Source of the DNA: a virus
IMG/VR virus record: IMGVR_UViG_3300028920_000064
Span: 13,441 to 77,440 of that record
Length of the DNA stretch: 64,000 nt
Reading direction: 5' to 3' (one strand)
In this document: positions 30,101-39,849 of the stretch, piece after piece
How the letters are laid out: the number at the start of each line of letters is the position of its first letter
Position numbering within the stretch: position 1 is the stretch's first letter
Position numbers and translations under genes: made by a program
Notes under the pieces: model-generated
What the model was told of the DNA's origin: nothing
Seen by the model: the letters and a program-made list of their open reading frames with translations, nothing else
Databases searched by the model: none

Positions 30101-33100
30101 GCCGGTGCCTGTTCCTGTGATGTCTGGGAGGTATACTTCATCACGAATAGTCACCCCTGCGTCAGTTGTAAGCTCTAAGAGCACATCCGCTTCAAGGCCA
30201 TCGTTTGAAACTGCCGCCCTCAAGGTGCCGCCCAGTGTCGTGTTGTCGGACGCTACCCAAAGCCCGATGCCGGTAACAGCATTCAGGGCTGGATCACCGC
30301 CTCCTAAGCTGAGGGTGCTGGTTGAGATCTGACTTCCGTATCGAATAAGAGCTACATCCTCCTCCGCATTGGTATAGTGCACCCCTACTAATGCCCCAGT
30401 CTTAACGGTTGAATTGGTCCTGGTTGTCCAGTCGTTATTATCACCTCCAACTTTTATCTTCTTCCCATACTGATCCAGTTCGGCAGCATTGTATAGCGTC
30501 AAATTAGTTGGAGTAATCTCAGCTGTTAACGTACCAGTAGTAGTTGTGTTATTAGCTGCCACATAAAAATTAATTCCTGTTACTGTATTCGCAAGGGCAC
30601 TGCCCCCTCCCAAAAGCATCAAATTTGCCGTACTGCCAGAAGAAACATATAAACCTCCGACATCCTCCTCAGATAAAGAATAATGTGGAAATACAATACC
30701 TCCCCATTTTAATGTATTATCAGTTCTTGAAGCAAACCCCGGTAAATCTGCCCCTATTTTCGCGACAAACCCAACCTGATCCAACTCAGCACCGTTGAGT
30801 AACTGGAGAGTAGAGCCATCAAAGGTCATGTACTGCTCTGCGTTCAATATATCTGTAGTGGCCGTTGAGGTTACTACACGATTATCGCCCTGGTTGTTGA
30901 CGGAAACATCTGATGTTCCAGTAGGCGCATCTCCATAGGTAAGTTCGCCCGTTGTGCGATTGAAATACACTATCGATGTGCCGGTGCCTGTACCTCCGAT
31001 ACCTGGGAGGTAAACCTCATCGTTGATGGTTACTCCGTCATCAGTGTTGAGTTCGGAAATGTTGTTTACATTTAACCCAATAGAATCAAATGTACCAGCT
31101 CTACTCCCTACCGTAGTTGTTTGATCACCCGCTGTCCAAAATGAAATTAATGTTGCTGTATTATGCAGGGCACTACCCCCTCCGATAAAAACTTGATTTG
31201 ACGTATCATTAACAAGGTGCCCTATAGTAAGTATATCCTCTTCATCATTGTCATAGTGAGGTCCAGTTATTAAACCATTTTTAGCTGTGTTGTCTGTTCT
31301 GGCTAAATGATCCGATAAATCAGCACCTAATTTTAAAGTTAGACCATACTGATCCAGTTCGGCAGCGTTGTATAGCGTCAAATTAGTTGGAGTAATCTCA
31401 GCTGTTAACGTACCAGTAGTAGTTGTGTTATTAGCTGCCGTATAGAAAGCATGTCTTGTGACAGTGTTTAAATCAGCAGCACCGCCTCCGTAAAATATCA
31501 CATTAGTCGTTGCCGTTGATGAGACTAGACTTACGGCAACATCTTCTTCAGCATTCGTGTAATGAGGCACAACAACGCCCCCGGCTTTTATTGTAGCATC
31601 TGTTCTGGCTGTGTATGACCCAGCATCACTGCCAACTTTTATGTAAACCCCATACTGATCCAGTTCGGCAGCATTGTATAGCGTCAAACTTGTAGGATCT
31701 AAGAATGCCGTTAGCGTTCCAGAGGTAGTTGTAGTATTCGCTGCTGTAAAAAAGCCGACACCCGTTGCTGCATTTCCTAAACCGTTACCACCACCGATGT
31801 TTACAGCATTCCCCCCGCTATTATTGTACCCATAAATTAAAATAGTATTTTCTTCGGCTGTATTATAATGAGGAACAGCTATCATCCCTCCTTTTGCTAC
31901 AGCGTCAGTTCGTGATGTAAAACCGCCAGCCGTATCAGCCCCTATTATTGCGGAGAATCCATACTGATCCAGTTCGGCACCGTTGAGGAGTGTCAGCGCG
32001 GATCCATCAAAGGTGGCATACTGTTCAGCGTTCAGGGCATCAGTGGTCCCTGTGGCTGTGATAAGCCTATCGTCCCCCTGGTTGGCCACGGACACATTGG
32101 ATGAGCCGTAGGTGAGGTCATCATCAAATCCGGAAAGTGTTATTCCGCTTCTCACCCCTGTCAGCTCCGTCCATGCTACCTGGTGGGGGTTGCCAGAAGT
32201 AACCTGTGAGTGAGAATATGCTGTGTTCCAGTTGGTGCTGTTATCGGTGATCGATGTATCCCAGGCCGATCCGGTGGAAACAGCGATGCCGGCTGCAGGG
32301 TATACCATAGAGCCTGCACCCTCATCAGCATAAGTTACCTCACCTGTGGTTCTGTTGTAGTACAGGATGGAAGTGCCGGTGCCGGTGCCTCCGATACCGG
32401 GAAGGTAAACCTCGTCATTGATCGTTACCCCTGCGGCCCCTGTCAGCTCTCCGATGGCGTTTACATGAAGTCCGTCAATATCGATTAATGCGGTAAGAGT
32501 TCCGGTCAAAGTGGTATTGTTGGCTGCCGTAACCAGTCTTATTTCGGTAACAGCGTTTTTAGCCGTGTTGCCACCTCCTATATATAGGCGGCTATTTGTA
32601 CCGTCAACTACAACTGAAAGCCCTACAACATTTTCTTCAGAATTAGTATAATGAGGAAACGTGATCGCCCCTAGCTTTGCTGTTGCATCCGTTCTCCCTC
32701 CTCCTGATGGAAAGTCACTGCCAAGAACAAGATAGTCTCCATAATGATCAAGAAATACACCGTTAAGCAACGTCAGCGATGTCCCATCATACAGTACATT
32801 TTCCTCAGCATTCAGCACATCTGTTGTGGCTGTTGAGGTTACAACCCTGTTGTCTCCCTGGTTGGTTACCGATACATCAGAGGTTCCGCTTGGTGCATCC
32901 CCGTATGTCAGCTCCCCAGTGGACCTGTTGTAATACACAATGGAGGTCCCTGTTCCGGATCCCCCGATGGTGGGCATATACACCTCGTCATTGATCGTTA
33001 CTCCGGCAGCAGCTGTCAGTTCTCCGATGGTGTCTACGTAAAAACCATTTATATCAATAAAAGCTATCTGAGTACCTAATAGGGTTGTTGTATCAGCTGC

Positions 33101-35944
33101 AGTATAGAAACGAATGTTCATCGGGGCATTGTAAGAACTGTCACCCCCTATATAAATTGCGGAACTTGAAGGGCCTACAGCACCCCTGATCAATAACATG
33201 GGCTCTTCCGCATTAGTGTAATGTGGAACCGCTACATGACCATCTTTAAAAGTTGAGTCTGTTCTTGCCGTATAGTCGTTAATATCCCCTCCAACCAATA
33301 TCTTTTCCCCATACTGATCCAGTTCGGCAGCATTGAGTAATTGGAGTCCGGCGGTAGTGAATGTACCTACCTGGGTTCCAGATAAAGTAGTTTGATCATC
33401 AGCTAAATTGAACCGGATTTCAGTAAGTGTATTATAGGTATTATTTCCTCCAATTGCAACGAAATTGCTGGTAGTACCAGAAGTTGCGCTAAAAACTCCA
33501 ACATCTTCTTCATCCGTATCGTAATGAGGAATAGTAAATGAAAAATCTTTAATTACATTATCTGTCCTTGAAGAACGATCATTAAAATCACTTCCAGCTA
33601 ATATGGCTCCCCCATACTGATCCAGATACATCCCATCTTCCAGTGTCACCTTCTCTCCGTGCATGGATATCCCATGCCCGCCTGTGCGCTCGTATATATC
33701 GTCAACATACAGATCTCCGGTGGGGGTGATATCCCCGTTTACATCCAGGTTGTCCTCAATAAGCACATTGCCGCCTGTGACCCATGATCTGAGTACCATG
33801 TTACCGGAAGCATCGATGCCCACATAACCCTGCTCGTCACCATCGTTGTCTTGGAAGGAGATAAGGTTTGTTCCTCCCTCGGGCGTTCCCGGGAAAGATC
33901 CTGCTCCCACCTGCCGAATAGTCAATGGCCGGTCATTGGATGTTTGGATTGTTATCGGCCCGGTGAATGTTCCCCCGGTGACCGGCACAAAGGCTGCTGC
34001 AACAAATTCCAACCCATCTTCGGCTGGCTTTACTCGCACGAAGTAGCTGCCAAATCCTGTATAATCAGTAGGTGTATCGCCTAATCCAGTAAATACCGTT
34101 ACGCCAGCAACACTGTCTGCATACGCTTTTACTGCTCCATAATCAGGGATCCATCTGTCATCAGTGATTCCGTTGGTAGAATAATCAGCTTCATACGCAA
34201 GGCCTTTTTCAAAAAGAAGATCCTCTAAAAATGTTCCGAAATTGGATGAAACCCGGAATAATATATAATCTCCCGTTGCGTCCTGAACATACATACTTGC
34301 AGTTGAACCAGCTGCAACAGATTGAGCCGTTATCTGACAAGCTGGACTAAGATAGTCAATGACGGGGCCAGAGTGGGCCGTGAGCCGTATCCTATTAGCA
34401 TCGTAATACAGTTCAGTTGCAGTATCCACATCAGCAGCGGCAAGGGTTAATGAGTGAGTCCCAACGGGTATTGTTGTCGCTTGTGTTAATTCACCCCCTA
34501 AACGAACTGTTCCTGTTGTGTTGGTAAGCCCGTTCTCAAAGGTGTATGTTGCCGCCCCTGCAAATAATAAATCAACGTAGTCTTTGGCCACCAGCTGCCG
34601 GTCAACATAGCCGGCCTTATAATCACCCTTTTCTATGAGGCCGGTTGCTGTAATCTCATATCCCCTGGTGTTGGCCGGGGTGCCAATGTCTCGCACCTGA
34701 AGGGTTACGGATGAATCGGTGACCTCAACCTGTCCCTCCGTGGATCCATCGCTGGCTTTTTGCACAATGCCTCCGGAGGCGGAAATGCTCTGGCTTACCG
34801 TTTGTCCAGCATCGGATCCGGAGAACAAGACTTCATAGCCTACCATGAGAATTGAGGTGTTCTCCTCAAGTATGCCGCCCCAAACCACATTCCCGGCACC
34901 CTCTGTGAGGCCATTTGAGAAGGTATATGTGCCTCCACCGCCTCCACCGGTCCATGGTGGGCATGGGGTCACTAACTCCGATGACACGCCTCCGCAGATG
35001 CCATCACCGGTGTATTCAACCATCTCCTGTATGATGTAAGATTGTTTGTCGGCTTCCTCAGCATCACCGGACCAATATGCTTCATTGAGCAGGTGCCATG
35101 CTGTGTTGAGGATGACAAGGCGTTTTTGGTAAAACTCCTGGTTGTTCAGGTTGCAAGCCATCGCCTCCTTGTAGGTAAGGAGCATGGTTTCGATAACATC
35201 ATACATCGCCCCTATACATCCCCCGTACACGCAATGGGTGAACTCACCGGATCCATCCCAGTAAATCCTTAAAGTATCGGGGTTGCGATATTCCACAAAC
35301 GAGCTGATGGTAATCGTCCATTCATTCGTGTAGATCGGGGTCACCTGTACTTCAGCGTTGGAACTTACCACATCCGCTGGGGGTGTGGGAAGCTCATCCG
35401 GATACGCTATCCGGTGTTCACGGATAATCTGATGGACATTGTTTCCATATTCCGTGGTGTCTGTTGATGTCAGAACCCCTGTGTATGGTCCTGAAACAGT
35501 GGTGTTGGCAATCGTTGGAGGATCGAAATCATATTGGTAAGTGTCCAGGAAATTGTAATACTCATCCAAAACACTGTTGTACCATGAGATCTTCAGGGTA
35601 TAGTTCCCTTTCAGGATGTTGGTATAATCCGTCAGGGGATCCAGGGGAAGGGTAATCGTCTTGTTCAAATATCTGCTGGTGGCCGGCACGATATCGGGGC
35701 TGTTAAAATCTTCGTTCCGATATATCTCTCCCTCCGGGCCTGCCAGTATGATCGTGGCCACAACATCGTTGATATTCCATCCAAGAACGCCATAGTCCAG
35801 GTTATCCTGCACAATGATGATCGGGTTGGTGGGCCTTAGATCTATGGTAAAAACAGCATCTCCGGCTGCCTGTGCTGCGTTGGCTAACACACCAGACGTT
35901 GTAAACGAGCTGTTAATGGTACCTGATATGTTTACTATTGCCAT
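27101..35944 (-). CDS. Giant modular tail fibre/spike with C-terminal peptidase S74 intramolecular chaperone
   Basis: TSDIRLK...GLSAQDVQAVLPEAV...IDYDGVVALLVNAVKE coiled coil (~27101-27412). G/T/S-rich with many internal repeats. Confidence 0.88.
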   Translation of the reverse strand: MAIVNISGTINSSFTTSGVLANAAQAAGDAVFTIDLRPTNPIIIVQDNLDYGVLGWNINDVVATIILAGPEGEIYRNEDFNSPDIVPATSRYLNKTITLPLDPLTDYTNILKGNYTLKISWYNSVLDEYYNFLDTYQYDFDPPTIANTTVSGPYTGVLTSTDTTEYGNNVHQIIREHRIAYPDELPTPPADVVSSNAEVQVTPIYTNEWTITISSFVEYRNPDTLRIYWDGSGEFTHCVYGGCIGAMYDVIETMLLTYKEAMACNLNNQEFYQKRLVILNTAWHLLNEAYWSGDAEEADKQSYIIQEMVEYTGDGICGGVSSELVTPCPPWTGGGGGGTYTFSNGLTEGAGNVVWGGILEENTSILMVGYEVLFSGSDAGQTVSQSISASGGIVQKASDGSTEGQVEVTDSSVTLQVRDIGTPANTRGYEITATGLIEKGDYKAGYVDRQLVAKDYVDLLFAGAATYTFENGLTNTTGTVRLGGELTQATTIPVGTHSLTLAAADVDTATELYYDANRIRLTAHSGPVIDYLSPACQITAQSVAAGSTASMYVQDATGDYILFRVSSNFGTFLEDLLFEKGLAYEADYSTNGITDDRWIPDYGAVKAYADSVAGVTVFTGLGDTPTDYTGFGSYFVRVKPAEDGLEFVAAAFVPVTGGTFTGPITIQTSNDRPLTIRQVGAGSFPGTPEGGTNLISFQDNDGDEQGYVGIDASGNMVLRSWVTGGNVLIEDNLDVNGDITPTGDLYVDDIYERTGGHGISMHGEKVTLEDGMYLDQYGGAILAGSDFNDRSSRTDNVIKDFSFTIPHYDTDEEDVGVFSATSGTTSNFVAIGGNNTYNTLTEIRFNLADDQTTLSGTQVGTFTTAGLQLLNAAELDQYGEKILVGGDINDYTARTDSTFKDGHVAVPHYTNAEEPMLLIRGAVGPSSSAIYIGGDSSYNAPMNIRFYTAADTTTLLGTQIAFIDINGFYVDTIGELTAAAGVTINDEVYMPTIGGSGTGTSIVYYNRSTGELTYGDAPSGTSDVSVTNQGDNRVVTSTATTDVLNAEENVLYDGTSLTLLNGVFLDHYGDYLVLGSDFPSGGGRTDATAKLGAITFPHYTNSEENVVGLSVVVDGTNSRLYIGGGNTAKNAVTEIRLVTAANNTTLTGTLTALIDIDGLHVNAIGELTGAAGVTINDEVYLPGIGGTGTGTSILYYNRTTGEVTYADEGAGSMVYPAAGIAVSTGSAWDTSITDNSTNWNTAYSHSQVTSGNPHQVAWTELTGVRSGITLSGFDDDLTYGSSNVSVANQGDDRLITATGTTDALNAEQYATFDGSALTLLNGAELDQYGFSAIIGADTAGGFTSRTDAVAKGGMIAVPHYNTAEENTILIYGYNNSGGNAVNIGGGNGLGNAATGVGFFTAANTTTTSGTLTAFLDPTSLTLYNAAELDQYGVYIKVGSDAGSYTARTDATIKAGGVVVPHYTNAEEDVAVSLVSSTATTNVIFYGGGAADLNTVTRHAFYTAANNTTTTGTLTAEITPTNLTLYNAAELDQYGLTLKLGADLSDHLARTDNTAKNGLITGPHYDNDEEDILTIGHLVNDTSNQVFIGGGSALHNTATLISFWTAGDQTTTVGSRAGTFDSIGLNVNNISELNTDDGVTINDEVYLPGIGGTGTGTSIVYFNRTTGELTYGDAPTGTSDVSVNNQGDNRVVTSTATTDILNAEQYMTFDGSTLQLLNGAELDQVGFVAKIGADLPGFASRTDNTLKWGGIVFPHYSLSEEDVGGLYVSSGSTANLMLLGGGSALANTVTGINFYVAANNTTTTGTLTAEITPTNLTLYNAAELDQYGKKIKVGGDNNDWTTRTNSTVKTGALVGVHYTNAEEDVALIRYGSQISTSTLSLGGGDPALNAVTGIGLWVASDNTTLGGTLRAAVSNDGLEADVLLELTTDAGVTIRDEVYLPDITGTGTGTSIIYYNRTTGELTYADAPSGGGMVYPGAGIALSTGSGWDTSITDNSANWNTAYSHSQITTGNPHSIGYADITDFNTGVSTYETSHADVIVDGDFTANGLMRRTAAGVYDTITDSSSNWDTAYSHSQITTGNPHSIGYADISDFNTGVSTYETSHSDVVVDGDFGSNGILRRTAAGVYGSLTGSGSVDTVETTLTDDDTHIPTSGAVFAAIGAATVYTFDSGITEAGGNVDWGGTLSTDVTINGGNIYGITFGTYGSNQQIQYFNVSSEDDILIQAQFSVSSYGYLHISPYNDPEINLVCVFTDPKGFHIGADNFTVYDEQDLIGMVYNANYSAAGSSLDRWIPDWAAVKGYADTAASSYYTFDSGLTEVAGNVDLGGALTSSVAFSGTSRTFYVGTIGASSYVQSFGALSGTNSTLYSGGLTAIGWVNSVSGPPSTVKNIQFDVDAITVTDTEDSIGFQYADDYSTVGTTLDRWIPDWAAVKDYADGVANSAWTRTGTNLSPTNPGDDILLANTTERITFGDGDTYIFESAANSINITCNSGTALLVGALSIRPYLNVIPNATKTLELGSSSYYWNNAYVNRLYVDSASVYIDVDGTEMELTDSTGSYTLSDLAGGSGDVTASGTLTDNYLIVGNGTTSISVADATINFNAQNATNVGSLTLNNNRGIFPGSTPGSLGSPTFPWSYVVTNSLQAKQSIDTSAGGNLTVAGGDSAGGNGGNLYLKRGLALTAGTDGQIYFGTGSAGHLEAKGSETNVVYYNTTSGLLTYGTAGGGAWDVTSNVITPATSGDDIRLADTEHLEFGANTVWIQGSNTPGYIYFYGSSNRHLGIGAGGIWPYYSIIPSSGAGGDVNLGNAGYPFDDIFVDTIHITSINTTAGDYYLTYDSTTNEVRRGASTSDIRLKNYECVISSATQKVMALEGFLYSLNEQGQIETGLDGSMRAGLSAQDVQAVLPEAVRKLGQTDYLNIDYDGVVALLVNAVKEQQLEIEDLKSKLNIV
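29567..29956 (-). repeat. Tandem duplication with 207-nt (69-aa) period inside the tail fibre
   Basis: NW.TAYSHSQITTGNPHSIGYADI.DFNTGVSTYETSH.DV.VDGDF..NG..RRTAAGVY occurs twice. Confidence 0.9.
30465..31439. repeat. 96-bp near-identical direct repeat (30465-30560 and 31344-31439)
   Basis: One mismatch over 96 nt. Shorter copies of the core ccatactgatccag at 31650, 31959, 33309 and 33612. Confidence 0.9.
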
Positions 35945-35945
35945 G

Positions 35946-36485
35946 TTAGTTCATTTTTACCGTCAACTGATTGTAACTGATCTGAGCCTGGTCACCGGTG
36001 GGGATATCCAGTGGTAAAGGCAATTCCTTTTTGAACAGCATATTTCCTCCCTGCAATGAATCCATCACTGCTATATGGGTGATCGTCACTTCAGGCCCCT
36101 GATTTGGTGGCCATGTTGCCACCGGGATGTTCTTCGCTCCCCCGCTTTTATACTCCCATCCGGAAGCCCCTCTTATGATGGGGACCCTGGTATAACCTAA
36201 GTAGCTTGCTTCAAGCCCTTGGTCCCCTATCTCACCAGGATCCCCAGTAAGTAAAGCTATGTAGAAATTCCCCTCAATCGCCGAACCCCTTAAACCTGAT
36301 TGATCGCCAATCCCAGCAAAATCAAGGTTCATAAATAATAGCTCTACCACTTTTTGTTCCATAAAATCTGTGGCATCATCAGCACCAATGCCTCCACCGC
36401 CACCATAGTCAATGTTGGTGAAATGCTCCAACGCTGTCCCGGTGGACAGTGTAGACATCTGTACTAATAGTTCTCCCGTTGTCAT
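35946..36485 (-). CDS. Small tail-fibre-associated structural protein (paralogue of 43234-43668)
   Basis: FYIALLTGDPGE...EASYLGYTRVPI...TITHIAVMDS..GGNML. Confidence 0.7.
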   Translation of the reverse strand: MTTGELLVQMSTLSTGTALEHFTNIDYGGGGGIGADDATDFMEQKVVELLFMNLDFAGIGDQSGLRGSAIEGNFYIALLTGDPGEIGDQGLEASYLGYTRVPIIRGASGWEYKSGGAKNIPVATWPPNQGPEVTITHIAVMDSLQGGNMLFKKELPLPLDIPTGDQAQISYNQLTVKMN

Positions 36486-36925
36486 TATGGTAGTTCTTTA
36501 TCCCACACTTTGTTAGCAATATCTGTCTTATCTTGCTCAGTCACCCCGGATCCCTGCACCACAGTGATCAAACCAGCTGAATTGGTTGGGATGACCTGGA
36601 CCTGATTCTGAAACAAAATTCCATTTTCTACATCCCAGATGTCATTGTTTGATTCTTCCAATACAACAGTATACTGACCGTCCTCAAACCGAACTTGATA
36701 AGAATTTATAATTTTAATGAACGGTGCATAAGCCACTCCGGCAATGGTTGTCCCGGCTGTGTGTTCGTACGCTTGTTTAAACACAATAGCTTCTTCATTA
36801 TCCATTATGGCCATAAGATCAGAACGAAACTTGCTGTTAGTTCCATAAGTATACAAGGTTCCAGAAACCAGCGTTAAATCTGATTGCGGAACATCAATGA
36901 TCCTATTTGGAAAATCCACTGTCAT
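36485..36925 (-). CDS. Hypothetical virion accessory protein
   Basis: 146 aa, beta-rich, with coupled overlaps on both sides. Confidence 0.6.
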   Translation of the reverse strand: MTVDFPNRIIDVPQSDLTLVSGTLYTYGTNSKFRSDLMAIMDNEEAIVFKQAYEHTAGTTIAGVAYAPFIKIINSYQVRFEDGQYTVVLEESNNDIWDVENGILFQNQVQVIPTNSAGLITVVQGSGVTEQDKTDIANKVWDKELP

Positions 36926-39843
36926 TCGTCAGGTATCATGTAAATAGTTGCGTCCAATCCTGTATTATTAATAGTTCCAGTAAACGTCCCAGGTTGATAA
37001 AATGGTGAACTTGATGACTTTCTCGATCTGGCCGATACCGGTTGATCGCTTGAATATCGCAGGTTCACAGAAACTTCACCGTTTACGTCCGTGACATCGC
37101 TTATAATCGCACAAGTTGATACTATCGTTCCCGTAGCTGGTGTTGCGGGAGTTCCGGAAACAGTGAAGGTATAAGCGTCGGCAGTTGTTACAGTTATTGT
37201 CTGAACACCGTTGTATTCCCTTTGATTGGCCCCTGCAATAAGAACCTTCTGCCCTGTTTGTAATCCATGAGAACTATGGCTTACCGTGGCCGTTGATCCG
37301 CTTCGGGTAATCGAAACCGAATCCTCATAAGGAAGATCGCCTCCGGAATCAGCAAGCATTAATACCCTCGCTCCCTGTATTGTAGCCTGAGTAGTTGCAT
37401 TAAGAGCGGTCAGCTTTACGGGGAGTGATTCTACAATGTTCACCGTCCCTCCGTAGGGAGTACTTATTTTATCCGTATCAATCTCTGTTCCATTTGTCTT
37501 TACGATTGTCAATATCCCTGTTCCATGATATGCTATTTCACAAGTGCATCTCGAATCAAAGGTTATATTATCAAACTCAATCTCGAAATCCCCGGCAGTG
37601 CATTTATCAAATAATATTCCAATAGGATAATTTTCGATTTCTGTATCAGCCAAGGCATCAATATCAGACTGCATATTGGCTTCCGTATCACTTTCAATTG
37701 TGTACTTCGCAGGAGCTCCCTTTTCAAACAATTCAGTAAGTTCTGCTTGGCTAAGTTCCCTTGTAAAGCTGAACCAATGAGCTGACCACATATACTCGTT
37801 TCCATCAAATGTAATGTCAGTGCCAAATACTTCAAGGTTAGTCTCAGGCTTGCCAAATACCACATCGCCTACATGAGCATCCAGATTAGTTGAGGTAAGT
37901 GGATTTCCGTTATCTGCACTTTGCTTTATTGCATCAATCCAGAACTTAAATTCCTGATCACCTCCATAATCAAATGCGAATACAATGAAATACGGCCTGT
38001 TTATATCAAGTGCGAAGTCTGAGTATACATGAACATTATCATCTCCTGTATCTGCAAACTGAGCCAATAGCTTATTTCCTACTCCCATTATAAAAGCAAG
38101 GTTATTTACTGATCCGCCCTCATTATAGAAACAGTTAAGTGATTTTTGGATGGTATTAAAGCATATCCATGTTCCAAAACTCCTTGCCGTTTGAGTTTGT
38201 GAATTCATGTCATCCACATCACTAATCCGCCTACTATCTGTATTTGAGTCAAAACGCAAAGCGTATGTTTCTCCCCTTACAAGTTCAGGGGAAGTATCAA
38301 ATTCATGAGTGCCAACTACGCTCTGAGTCATCGGTCTATTGTCCGCAGAATAACCATCATCATCAAAATCATTCTGAAGTTTCCACCAATGATCCGGAGT
38401 TCCTCCTGTTAAGTTGATCACAACATCAGAATACGATTCAGGTGGAATGCCCACCTGTACGGCTATAAAACCAACATCAGACGAATCGTTTGTGACAAAA
38501 AGAAAACATAAAGAATCAGCCAACGCTCCCGCAACTATATCTATCTGAATTTGTGTATCTGACCACGAATCTACCGACTGAGTGACCTTTGTTCCTGTAT
38601 AATCATCGTTCTCTACAAGTTCTACCTTTCCTGAACCTTGAGAAGATTCAAAATCTTGTCCTATAATAATTACATTGGTTTGGGAATTGCTTACAATATT
38701 ATCACCATCTACACTGTCAATTTTAATGTATGCAGTTCCATTTATGTTTCCAAAATCAGCAACACCATACCAATAAGTTCCGGTATTACCGCTACGGTGT
38801 ACCCATGTGCTAATTTGAGAAGCACTACTCATATATGCTGACAATGCTCCACGGGCATGAGCCGTTCCTCCTCCTTCAGAAAACCCCGTCCACTCCAAAG
38901 CACCTTCAGTAACATCAGCAAGCGTCTGCGGAACTGTTAGACTTGTATCATAGCTTCCATTGTTTGGAATTGACTTACTTGCAGTTGTCCTTGCTGTACT
39001 CATGGCCGGATGACACAGTACATAGATGAATATGTCACCATTATTGGCAGATGTAGAATCAATCTCTACGCTTACCTTTGTAACATCAGAACCAGCTGCT
39101 GCGGCATGGGATCGATCTTCAATTGCGGTATTGCTTCCACTATCCCCTTCTTGTTGATTTTGGACAATCATGGCCTTACTCCAAGAGGGAACAGAAAAAG
39201 TACTGCCGCCTGTTCCTTGGGAATCGTTTACCAATGTTTTCTGACCAGTTGAAAAACCACCTCTATAATATCCAACTGTCCAATTAGCACCAGTAAATTC
39301 AACTACTGTAACTTGAACATCTATCGCAGCCCCATTGTCATCTTGCCTTGAAACAACCAGATTATCCGAAGAATCGATATAAGCAATCGCTCCCGCTTCT
39401 TGCCAAAGAGTGTTGCTATTTTGACCCGTATCCTTACCATTAATAAAGCAAACACACTTATTACGATCTGAAATACCGGATACAGCGGTTGAGGTATTTT
39501 CCACGTTCGCTCCAAGAGCCATTGTATATCTGCCTCGTACAATAAACTCGTCAGGCCCACCACTACTCCCGGTATAACGCCAAACCTCACCTATGACTTT
39601 TTGTTGTGAAGTTGATCCTTTCGTAATATTGAAGACAATCTGAGTAGTAGAATTCAACTTAGCCAAAACAGAAAGAGCGTCCGGCCCTTCGTTTCCAGTA
39701 GAACCCGTCGGCCCTCCAGACATATCCCTCCAGTTATTGATACGCACAAAGGCATTGTTCAGCACCACAGTATTGGTCAGAGTATGAGTCTGTCCATTAC
39801 TGGATACATTAACATCGAACGTTTCTACCTTTAGTACTCCCAT
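36922..39843 (-). CDS. LamG/ConA-like domain virion accessory protein
   Basis: PDHWWKLQNDFDD...FGTWI...FKFWIDA (LamG-like) and SHGLQTGQKVLIAGA...YNG...YTFTV small beta domain. C-terminus shared with 39850-41145. Confidence 0.7.
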   Translation of the reverse strand: MGVLKVETFDVNVSSNGQTHTLTNTVVLNNAFVRINNWRDMSGGPTGSTGNEGPDALSVLAKLNSTTQIVFNITKGSTSQQKVIGEVWRYTGSSGGPDEFIVRGRYTMALGANVENTSTAVSGISDRNKCVCFINGKDTGQNSNTLWQEAGAIAYIDSSDNLVVSRQDDNGAAIDVQVTVVEFTGANWTVGYYRGGFSTGQKTLVNDSQGTGGSTFSVPSWSKAMIVQNQQEGDSGSNTAIEDRSHAAAAGSDVTKVSVEIDSTSANNGDIFIYVLCHPAMSTARTTASKSIPNNGSYDTSLTVPQTLADVTEGALEWTGFSEGGGTAHARGALSAYMSSASQISTWVHRSGNTGTYWYGVADFGNINGTAYIKIDSVDGDNIVSNSQTNVIIIGQDFESSQGSGKVELVENDDYTGTKVTQSVDSWSDTQIQIDIVAGALADSLCFLFVTNDSSDVGFIAVQVGIPPESYSDVVINLTGGTPDHWWKLQNDFDDDGYSADNRPMTQSVVGTHEFDTSPELVRGETYALRFDSNTDSRRISDVDDMNSQTQTARSFGTWICFNTIQKSLNCFYNEGGSVNNLAFIMGVGNKLLAQFADTGDDNVHVYSDFALDINRPYFIVFAFDYGGDQEFKFWIDAIKQSADNGNPLTSTNLDAHVGDVVFGKPETNLEVFGTDITFDGNEYMWSAHWFSFTRELSQAELTELFEKGAPAKYTIESDTEANMQSDIDALADTEIENYPIGILFDKCTAGDFEIEFDNITFDSRCTCEIAYHGTGILTIVKTNGTEIDTDKISTPYGGTVNIVESLPVKLTALNATTQATIQGARVLMLADSGGDLPYEDSVSITRSGSTATVSHSSHGLQTGQKVLIAGANQREYNGVQTITVTTADAYTFTVSGTPATPATGTIVSTCAIISDVTDVNGEVSVNLRYSSDQPVSARSRKSSSSPFYQPGTFTGTINNTGLDATIYMIPDE

Positions 39844-39849
39844 TGCGTA

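Noticed and set aside
30465-33625. CRISPR-like array from recurring ccatactgatccag
   Set aside because: Spacing is irregular (about 300-1350 bp), the copies are in-frame within a CDS, and there are no cas genes.
27101-35944. Diversity-generating retroelement or shufflon acting on the tail fibre
   Set aside because: No reverse transcriptase or recombinase in the window. The repeats are direct and in-frame, and I saw no non-coding template with adenine-specific mismatches.
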